DNA of 32,000 nt, taken from positions 1,350,001-1,382,000 of the forward strand of contig OY969938.1 in assembly GCA_963704755.1 (NCBI GenBank), read 5' to 3'. Position numbers and translations under genes: made by a program. Each line of letters begins with the position of its first letter. The first letter of the stretch is position 1. The DNA comes from an uncultured Chloroflexia bacterium (GTDB lineage Bacteria > Chloroflexota > Anaerolineae > Anaerolineales > Anaerolineaceae). The notes beneath the pieces are model-generated. The model saw nothing but the letters and a program-made list of their open reading frames with translations, was not told the DNA's origin and did not search any database. Below are positions 25,403-32,000 of this stretch, piece by piece.

Positions 25403-25427
25403 AAGCCTCGAGGCAATCCCGAGGCTT
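25403..25427 (-). terminator. small rho-independent-type terminator (8-bp stem aagcctcg / cgaggctt)
   Basis: On the minus strand the stem runs into CTTTTTGC. It lies about 75 nt downstream of the stop at 25504. Confidence 0.45.
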
Positions 25428-25503
25428 CGTATAAATTCTTGCGTCCGTCCGTCGATCTGCCTAAACGGTGCTTGCTGTCCGAGCGCGACTCACTTCTGCG
25501 GAA

Positions 25504-26296
25504 TCAATGATTTACCACGGCCGGCAAATCGATGGTGAACATACCGGAGGTTTGGCGAAAATTGACCAAAGCCAGGTTATCTTCACAATCCGGTGTAATT
25601 TGAAAATTGAAAATATCTGTAATAGGGTTCCCTTGCTGATCGTAGGCTTGCAGCCAAAAAATACCTGGGCCTACCGTGCTGGTCAGCTTGATCTCGTATC
25701 CACCCGGGCCGTAGCCATCGACCAGGCCGGTATACCCCAGCCCCTGCACCGACTGGCCGGCCACATTGCCCACCACGGCTACCAGCACGTTTTGGACCGG
25801 ATCACCGCCGGCGTTGAAGAACTGGCCGGCAATACCCAGCCAGTTACAGCCTTCATCGGTGTGCAGAAAGGCCCTGGCCAACATCGGTGCGCCGGTTTGG
25901 ACATCGTAATGCAAAGCCGGCGTGGCTGTGGGGGTTGGGACGACTGCGTTGACCGACTTATCTTCGGTCGGCTGCGCCGCGGCCGGATTGGGCACCAAAG
26001 AAGCAAACATGGTCGGCACATAAGCCGGCTCGGTCGTATTCAGGATCGTGATTCCCACGGATGCCGTTTGGCCGGGAACCGGCGTGGCAGAAGGTGCGGG
26101 TTGGCTCGCGGCAGCGGTTGGCAAAGGCGTTTCAGCCAACGGAACTCTTTTGCAGCGGTGCCGCCTCGACGACAACCGGCGTCGCCGACGGCAAAACCAC
26201 CACCCGGATCCACGGCCCACTGCCGCTATCCGGGACAACCCGGCAGCCGGCCAGGAGAATCCCCACCAAAATGAGCCCGATCAAACCCTTCTTCAT
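25504..26296 (-). pseudogene. lipoprotein with a Pro/Thr/Ala-rich linker and a beta-rich C-terminal domain; +1 frameshift between about 26135 and 26160
   Basis: An untracked 54-codon ORF starts at 26296 (AGGAG RBS 6 nt upstream) and encodes MKKGLIGLILVGILLAGC..., a lipobox signal peptide. It stops at 26134-26132. The 244-aa track ORF only makes sense from ...VPLAETPLPTAAASQPAPSATP onward. The two frames join at an A4 run (ctgcaaaagag). Confidence 0.7.
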
Positions 26297-26374
26297 ACCT
26301 TGCTCCTAAGAGAAAACGGATATGAAAAGGGATGCAAGGTTTGTGCCGGGAAAGGAAAGAGCAGAAAAATTGAT

Positions 26375-27538
26375 ATGCGGTTAAAATATCAGGATATGAA
26401 AATTGTACTCATCGGACCAGTGTATCCTTATCGTGGGGGAATTGCGCATTTTACAACCCAGTTGGGGAAAGAACTGAAAAAAAAGGGCCATGAGACAACC
26501 ATAATCTCATATAAAAAAATGTATCCCAAGTTTCTTTATCCGGGAAAATCAGATAAAGACCAAAGTCGGGTTACCTTCGAAATTCAAGCTAGTTTTATCT
26601 TGAACCCGTTAAATCCATTTTCCTGGATAACCACATGCAAATTAATTAAAAAATCATTGCCAGACCTGGTAATAAATCAGTGGTGGACAACATTTTTCGC
26701 ACCGATGAATTGGGCTTTAGGATATTGTCTATCCAAATGGAAAATTCCCTTAGCTTACGTTGTTCATAATGTAACACCTCATGAAGCAAGCCCGTTTGAC
26801 AGATTTCTAACAAAGTTAGCATTAAGACCCGCCAAAAGCTATATTGCCCAATCACCTTCGCAAGTCAGCTCCTTGAATGATTTAATAAGCTCAAAAAATA
26901 TTTATTACAGCCCCCATCCAATTTATGATCAATTCAATATCGAGAAAATTGATCGGCCAACAGCCAGAAAGCACTTTCGCCTGAACGAAAACGATTTTGT
27001 TTTATTGTTTTTTGGAATAGTCAGGCCATACAAAGGTCTCAAATATTTGCTGGACGTAGTCGCTAAATTAACTCACCAAGGCTTACCAATTAAATTGCTG
27101 ATTGCTGGCGAATTCTGGGAAAACGAAGCCGAATATCGTGAACTCATCAAAGAACTTAAAATAAACCAAGAAGTTTTGATAGATAATCGATACATACCAA
27201 ACGAAGAAATATCAATATATTTTACGGCGGCAGATCTATTTATCGCTCCATATATTAACGGTACACAAAGCGGAGCGATCAAGATCGCTTTAGCTTTTAA
27301 TTTACCCATTATGGTCAGCGAAATTATTGCGACCGATCCATGGATGAAATCAAGCCCGGAAAATTGCGTCATAATCGATCCATTAAATACATCCGCCTTC
27401 TCGGGTGCAATTGAAGAGAAGTACCAGGATTTGCTTAAGAAAGAAAATTTAGGAAGCTCTAACGAAAAAGTCCCGCTATCCACCTGGGATGATTTCGTTT
27501 CTGTGGTAGAAAAAGCAATTTCGCCAGACGAAGAATAG
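26375..27538 (+). CDS. GT4-family glycosyltransferase (low-GC); the only plus-strand gene
   Basis: MKIVLIGPVYPYRGGIAHFT is a typical GT-B N-terminus. The C-terminal half has YFTAADLFIAPYINGTQSGAIKIALAFNLPIMVSE. Start at ATG 26375 or 26396. The track's N-terminal extension back to 26048 is high-GC antisense sequence of the neighbouring gene. Confidence 0.8.
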   Translation: MRLKYQDMKIVLIGPVYPYRGGIAHFTTQLGKELKKKGHETTIISYKKMYPKFLYPGKSDKDQSRVTFEIQASFILNPLNPFSWITTCKLIKKSLPDLVINQWWTTFFAPMNWALGYCLSKWKIPLAYVVHNVTPHEASPFDRFLTKLALRPAKSYIAQSPSQVSSLNDLISSKNIYYSPHPIYDQFNIEKIDRPTARKHFRLNENDFVLLFFGIVRPYKGLKYLLDVVAKLTHQGLPIKLLIAGEFWENEAEYRELIKELKINQEVLIDNRYIPNEEISIYFTAADLFIAPYINGTQSGAIKIALAFNLPIMVSEIIATDPWMKSSPENCVIIDPLNTSAFSGAIEEKYQDLLKKENLGSSNEKVPLSTWDDFVSVVEKAISPDEE

Positions 27539-27639
27539 GTTATATATATTATCAAGTCGAAAATGCGATAATTGTCACAAATTAAAATCAAATGTATCTG
27601 TGAATATTCGATAAAAAGGAGATAAATTTTTCAATGAAA

Positions 27640-28086
27640 TCAGGGTTCATCAATTTTTCCCAAATTCAATTGGCTCCCCTCTATTACCTCAATTAGCAGA
27701 AATGTGTTCTTGTTTGAAGTAGATGGAACTACCTTGATACCATCTACACTCCAAAATACCAAAGCGTATTCGCCAGGGGGGACATCCGAAAACACAAATT
27801 CTCCGTTTTCGTTTTGTAACGCCCGAGGATCGTGATTATATGAAAACGCCAAAGCGGCAGGAATATCCGTTTGGCCTTCTGATAAATTTTTTGTGAGAAA
27901 TAATATCGATTCAAGAGGAGGATTTTTTATATTCACTTCACCATAAACCACCCCTGTTCCAGTTACAGGAGTAGGTATGGATGAAAGGATAGATTTTTCA
28001 TTTTCACTTGATTGCACAGATTTATTACAACCGCTGCCAAGAATAATCAAAAAAATAAACAAAATGAATACAAGGATTTTTTTCAT
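27640..28086 (-). CDS. lipoprotein with a carboxypeptidase-regulatory-like (prealbumin-fold) domain
   Basis: 148 aa. Signal peptide with lipobox (ILGSGC). GTGVVYGEV...ENGEFVFSDVPPGEYALVF is the CarboxypepD_reg-like pattern. GGAGG RBS. Confidence 0.7.
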   Translation of the reverse strand: MKKILVFILFIFLIILGSGCNKSVQSSENEKSILSSIPTPVTGTGVVYGEVNIKNPPLESILFLTKNLSEGQTDIPAALAFSYNHDPRALQNENGEFVFSDVPPGEYALVFWSVDGIKVVPSTSNKNTFLLIEVIEGSQLNLGKIDEP

Positions 28087-28104
28087 CTATTCCTCCACTT
28101 ACAT

Positions 28105-28136
28105 AAAATAGTAGGACCGAGAGGTCCTACTATTTT
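28105..28136 (-). terminator. rho-independent terminator with a perfect 14-bp stem (aaaatagtaggacc / ggtcctactatttt) and a 4-nt loop; bidirectional in form
   Basis: Lies 23 nt downstream of the stop at 28159. The GC core stem gtaggacc/ggtcctac is followed by TATTTTA on the minus strand. Confidence 0.75.
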
Positions 28137-28158
28137 AGCGTATTGGTTCCAGAAAATG

Positions 28159-29553
28159 TTATGGGGTTACGTTGAAACCTTCATACACCAATAGAGAATC
28201 TATCGATGAGTTCTGAAGTTCATTCACCGTTCCTACCATTTGAGAACCACTTGGTCCTGTACAAATTGCGCCACCAACAAACCGATTAGCAATTACGCCT
28301 TGATGGTTTAATGTCCACCCTGCTCCCGGAGCAATGGACGAAGGGTTTTTCAAAATTTTATCGACACTGGTTCCATTAATGTCTTTACCCTTCACTTCAC
28401 AGGAGATTGCATTGGCAGGAATAGCCGCTGTGCCCAGGTTAGCGATACTCCAACTAGTGAAAAAGTCGTAGTTCCGATCCATAATTAGCGGAAATACAAC
28501 TTTTTCGGTACCTGCATTGGAACCAAATGCATCGTATGCTTCCCCTTTCTTCGCTGCTGAATTAAGTTGATTAACAACTGCAGCTAAGGGAACGCTTGCA
28601 CTATTTGCCGTTATCACGCCGGTACCAACGAAGGTTGCACCTTGCGTGCAAGTTGTACTGACAAAAGTTGATGCATCTTTCGATGGAGTAAATACGTGCT
28701 GTGCAAAGATAGTTGACTTGCCAGCCGGAATGGTTCTCACTTCTTTACAACCTGTCCCTGCTAGCGAAGCTGTGTAGGTTACCTCTACCTGAGTAGATAC
28801 AGATCCCAAATTTTGGATTGTTGCGCTCGTAAAATAGCCATAATTATTTTCGTTAATCAATGGCATTACAACATCCGTGGCGCCTTCAGAAAAGCTACTG
28901 TAGGTAAATAGTGTATCTGGCCCAACCTCTGCAATCACCGCACCAATCGGAACACTGCCAGACGAACTCACTACACCCGAGAATACAGTTGCAGAATGCG
29001 TTTCGGTAGATTGGTCAAATTTGTGAGATGCACCTGGCTGCAACCCGTTAAAGGTTACCGTATGGCCATCGCTATATGTAGCCGTTAAGTTAGTCGCAGA
29101 AGTGCCAAGGTTTTGCACAGTCACAAAGGTGTTGTACTGATAGTTATTTTTCATTAGCAACGGCAAATATGCCGAAGAACTTCCTGTCGAAAAAGCTACA
29201 TAACTCGCATATGCCATAGCAGAGCCAGATGAACCAACGCCTTCCAGATTAGAACTAGAAGCAATTCTGCCATTCGCCGAAACAACTACTGAACCGTCAA
29301 AACTTCCTGAAATCGATTCGTTTGCAACAGTTACAGTAATACTATCATTTGCTGCAATTGAAGTATCAATTGAATGAACCTCGGTTCCGGTTGAATCAAG
29401 GAATGCAACATGGATAGTGGTCGCTGATGACTTAAGGTTTATGATTTGAAATGTCGATGTATAGGACACCGGCGCGGCTTTAGCAGGAGAAACCCATATT
29501 CCTGCCAAAATAATTAATACCATGACTACAAAGAGATTAATTCCCCTTTTCAT
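28159..29553 (-). CDS. secreted Ser/Thr/Gly-rich protein built of four tandem modules of about 100-125 aa; candidate cell-surface (S-layer-like) protein
   Basis: 464 aa. Sec signal peptide ending AKA|AP. Modules at residues about 27-129, 130-229, 230-353 and 354-464. The last three open with LPLLMKNNYQYNTFVTVQNLG, MPLINENNYGYFTSATIQNLG and FPLIMDRNYDFFTSWSIANLG. AAGGAG RBS. Followed by a strong terminator. Confidence 0.8.
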   Translation of the reverse strand: MKRGINLFVVMVLIILAGIWVSPAKAAPVSYTSTFQIINLKSSATTIHVAFLDSTGTEVHSIDTSIAANDSITVTVANESISGSFDGSVVVSANGRIASSSNLEGVGSSGSAMAYASYVAFSTGSSSAYLPLLMKNNYQYNTFVTVQNLGTSATNLTATYSDGHTVTFNGLQPGASHKFDQSTETHSATVFSGVVSSSGSVPIGAVIAEVGPDTLFTYSSFSEGATDVVMPLINENNYGYFTSATIQNLGSVSTQVEVTYTASLAGTGCKEVRTIPAGKSTIFAQHVFTPSKDASTFVSTTCTQGATFVGTGVITANSASVPLAAVVNQLNSAAKKGEAYDAFGSNAGTEKVVFPLIMDRNYDFFTSWSIANLGTAAIPANAISCEVKGKDINGTSVDKILKNPSSIAPGAGWTLNHQGVIANRFVGGAICTGPSGSQMVGTVNELQNSSIDSLLVYEGFNVTP

Positions 29554-29609
29554 TGTGCATTCTCCTTTGATTTTTAGCGGCTTTTAATAACTAATGTAAG
29601 GATAAGGAA

Positions 29610-30542
29610 TTAGTTCGCTTTCATCAATAATTCTTTTGGGTTAATATACCTAAATAAGACTATTACACTTAATGACATCAACAAATCATAAACTGTGAAT
29701 AACAACCTGGATAGCAGCGCTAACAAACTAGCAGTTGCAAGAGGAATCGATTGCGCTAAAACAACACTCAAAGAAGCGTCGCTTACTCCTAAACCAGAAG
29801 GCAATATTCCTATTACTACCCCCGACACACCGCTCACCGCCCAGGCGTTCATCATTCGGAAGAAAAAACTTATATCGATATTCAAGATGCTTTTTAAAAT
29901 AACTAATTGAAAGCCCGTTCCTAAAATCCATTGAATAATATAACCAGCCCACAAAAGTATAATTTGTGCTGGAGTAACATTTAAAAGCTGATCTGTTTTA
30001 CAAATTTTCCCGTATAGAAATTGAATTATTTTAGGGTGGAATAACACACTTAGCAATAACAACCCGATAATCAAGAGTATATACTGGGTGTTCTTTGTGA
30101 AAAAAATCAGTATTCCGCTAATAAGAATTACCTGAACCCCAGTCCAAACAACCATCAATATTTCTATTCCACTTGCGAAACCTGAGGTTTTTACATCTAC
30201 TCCGCTTCTCTTATATAATGCCATTCTCCCTACCACGTTCATATATGGCCCTGGAAGTCTTCTCCCTGCCAATGTACTCAAGTAAATAATGAGATGCGAG
30301 TGGAATTCTCCAGGGATATTAAAAATCTTCGCAATAATTGCCCACAAAATGCCAGAATTGATAGTTACGATAATATATATAGGGATAGTTAGTAACAGAT
30401 AAACCCAGTTGATTTCTTCTTTCGAAGATAATACATCCTTAAATCCATTCCATGCTTGAAAACAAATGTAAGCCATTATAAGAACGCTAATAGAAATTCC
30501 TAGAATCTTTACGAATAGCGAATTCTTTATATTCTTAAGCAT
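29610..30542 (-). CDS. flippase-like / lysylphosphatidylglycerol-synthase-TM-domain (UPF0104) family membrane protein
   Basis: 310 aa with about 8 hydrophobic segments. The STLAGRRLPGPYMNVVGRMALYKRSGV loop is typical of the UPF0104 family. Confidence 0.65.
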   Translation of the reverse strand: MLKNIKNSLFVKILGISISVLIMAYICFQAWNGFKDVLSSKEEINWVYLLLTIPIYIIVTINSGILWAIIAKIFNIPGEFHSHLIIYLSTLAGRRLPGPYMNVVGRMALYKRSGVDVKTSGFASGIEILMVVWTGVQVILISGILIFFTKNTQYILLIIGLLLLSVLFHPKIIQFLYGKICKTDQLLNVTPAQIILLWAGYIIQWILGTGFQLVILKSILNIDISFFFRMMNAWAVSGVSGVVIGILPSGLGVSDASLSVVLAQSIPLATASLLALLSRLLFTVYDLLMSLSVIVLFRYINPKELLMKAN

Positions 30543-30549
30543 GAGATGC

Positions 30550-31474
30550 TCACTTTTTTTGAAAAAACAAAGTCATGTATGAGCTTTTATTTAATTTTCC
30601 CAATACATAATTTATCGGAAAAAGTACTATTCTGAAAAACATGGAATTTGTAAATCTTTCAAGAATTTTATAAAGAAAATTGTTGCTTTCCATATCAGAA
30701 TAAATAAATTTAAGCGAAATAACTACTCCCCCAAAATTTCCGGTAAAGCTTTTAATGCCCTTATATTCAAAATCCTCTTTACGAATTAGTTTTCTGATAG
30801 TAGAACGCGAGAAAAGAAAAAAGTGCCGGGGAACATCCCATCCTGCCCAATACTTGCCAAAAATTCTGGAGTCCAAAGAATCCGGATTAGGAATATTTAA
30901 TATTAACCACCCGCCTGGTTTAAAGAATCCTTTTAGTTTCCGTTATAGAGGAGAGCGGATCTTTTAAATGCTCTAATACATCCCAATAAGTTACAACATC
31001 AAAAAAATTATCTTCAAAATTTGATTCCAATAAATCAACATTTCTTACACTTAATCCTAATGTCTCATTCGCGTACTTCGAAGCAATTTCGGAAGTTTCA
31101 ACTCCAAAAGCTTCCCATCCCTTTTCTTTAAATCTCCTGAGCAATAAACCAGTAGCACACCCAACATCAAGAATTCTTCCAGGAAAGCGCACCTTATCCA
31201 TGACCGCAAAATACTTTTTCGTTATAGCAAAGCTTTTATCAATCTTTTGAAATTTACTTTCGTCCGAGTTTATTTTTTGAAAAGCCAAATAGTTGTCTGG
31301 ATAATACAATTCCAGTTCTTTTCCATTTGGGCGCGTTTCAAGAAAATAAAGGCCACATTGTTGACACTGAACTAGCCGAAATTCTCCCCCTAGTTTATGC
31401 AACATATCTTGACCGCTAAATACTAAGGCGAAAGTAGCGCTTCCGCACAATATGCATTGGTTTACTTTCTCCAA
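30550..31474 (-). pseudogene. class I SAM-dependent methyltransferase with an N-terminal CxxC...CxxC zinc ribbon; +1 frameshift at 30919..30925
   Basis: 184-aa ORF (CILCGS...CQQCG, ILDVGCATGLL, FDVVTYWDVLEHL) ends ...ETKRIL*. Skipping one T gives KPGGWLILNIPNPDSLDSRIFGKYWAGWDVPRHFFLFS, which runs into the 108-aa ORF. That ORF's 'M' in the track is a TTG Leu codon. Confidence 0.8.
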
Positions 31475-31485
31475 AGAATTACCTT

Positions 31486-32000
31486 TTAATCCTTAATAAG
31501 ATGATCATAAAATACTTCTAACTCATTGGCTCTTTTTTCCCAATTATACTGGGTCTCTGCTATATACCTGGCATTTCCACCCATAATTTTGCGTAATCCC
31601 TCATTGCTTAAGAGAGCAAGGATATTCCTTGCATGCTCGCGAAAATCCGGTTCACATAATATGCCAATATTCTCGTGAGAAAAAACTAATGATATATCTC
31701 CCACATCTGAACTTATGATTGGCTTTCCAATAGCCAAATAATCTGTCAATTTTAAAGGAAGCCTTCCTTGGTTTGCTATAGAGTTTGTTAATGGCAACCA
31801 TAAAATATCACACGCATTAAGGAGATAATTTACTCGACCAATTGGAAGAGCGCCTGTCATTATTACAAATTCCGAATTTGCAATTAATTTTTTTATATCA
31901 AACGGGAAATATCCAATTATAAGAAACAGGATTTTAGGGTTTGTTTTATGCACCTCGTTAATTGTATCGATCATTAGGAGAGCATCTTTGTAAAAGATTG
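31486..32000 (-). CDS. GT-B (GT4/GT1-like) glycosyltransferase, C-terminal part only (N-terminus lies beyond the window end)
   Basis: The frame stays open upstream of the track's ATG out to position 32000 (IFYKDALLMIDTINEV...). NACDILWLPLTNSIANQGRLPLKLTDYLAIGKPIISSDVGD is the C-terminal Rossmann region of GT-B enzymes. Confidence 0.7.
   Translation of the reverse strand, partial: IFYKDALLMIDTINEVHKTNPKILFLIIGYFPFDIKKLIANSEFVIMTGALPIGRVNYLLNACDILWLPLTNSIANQGRLPLKLTDYLAIGKPIISSDVGDISLVFSHENIGILCEPDFREHARNILALLSNEGLRKIMGGNARYIAETQYNWEKRANELEVFYDHLIKD

Noticed and set aside
26048-26374. N-terminal 109 codons of the 496-aa plus-strand ORF.
   Set aside because: This stretch is high-GC, Arg/Pro-rich and antisense to the lipoprotein gene. 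The recognisable GT4 sequence and the compositional shift begin at the ATG codons at 26375/26396.
26200-26450. Integrase, transposase, tRNA or direct repeats marking a genomic-island boundary at the GC break.
   Set aside because: I looked for all of these on both strands and found none. The junction is a plain 78-nt divergent spacer, so island versus misassembly stays unresolved (see findings).
27073-27591. 172-aa minus-strand ORF, and the small ORFs 26646..26855, 29695..29910, 29728..29952 and 30755..30967 in the low-GC part.
   Set aside because: They are antisense or off-frame to well-supported genes. The stop-poor frames arise by chance, and none has an RBS or motifs.

Overview
The window has two parts with very different base composition.

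**High-GC part (1 to ~26300).** By hand-sampling a few lines it is roughly 55-70% GC. It is almost entirely one co-directional minus-strand glycan locus of about two dozen genes, running from 24377 down to 87.
- It starts with a sigma70-like promoter, a palindromic operator and an EPS-type MarR/winged-helix regulator.
- Next come GDP-fucose synthase, a Wzm/Wzt ABC exporter (Wzt has an extra C-terminal domain), a KpsS/KpsC-like HP-motif protein and a methyltransferase.
- A PseB-led nonulosonic-acid module follows: PseB, an RmlD-like reductase, NeuB with a SAF domain, and an SpsF-like cytidylyltransferase.
- After that come glycosyltransferases (GT4, GT2, GT-A-like), a large polytopic GT-C-like membrane protein and a second HP-motif GT-B protein.
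- The locus ends with a second nonulosonic-acid module: a Gfo/Idh/MocA oxidoreductase, an SDR, a NeuA-HAD phosphatase fusion and a short NeuB without SAF.
- A pair of paralogous lipoproteins with Pro/Thr linkers and 10 conserved cysteines sits inside that last module.
- Two small genes of a selfish type, a GxxExxY PD-(D/E)XK-like protein and a four-helix-bundle (23S-IVS/Avd-like) protein, are inserted between biosynthetic genes. Each is bracketed by inverted repeats.

**Low-GC part (~26300 to 32000).** This is roughly 30-45% GC. It carries more glycan and surface genes: GT4, a carboxypeptidase-regulatory-like lipoprotein, a 464-aa secreted protein made of four tandem modules, a flippase-like UPF0104 membrane protein, a zinc-ribbon methyltransferase and a partial GT.

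**Disrupted reading frames.** Five reading frames are interrupted: four +1 frameshifts and one in-frame TAA. These are either homopolymer assembly errors or real gene decay.

**Not found.** I saw no rRNA, tRNA, CRISPR array, transposase or integrase.

**Best system-level hypothesis (inference).** This is an ABC-transporter-dependent glycosylation system for surface proteins or lipoproteins that uses nonulosonic acids. The host is a Chloroflexota-like organism, a guess based only on protein style.
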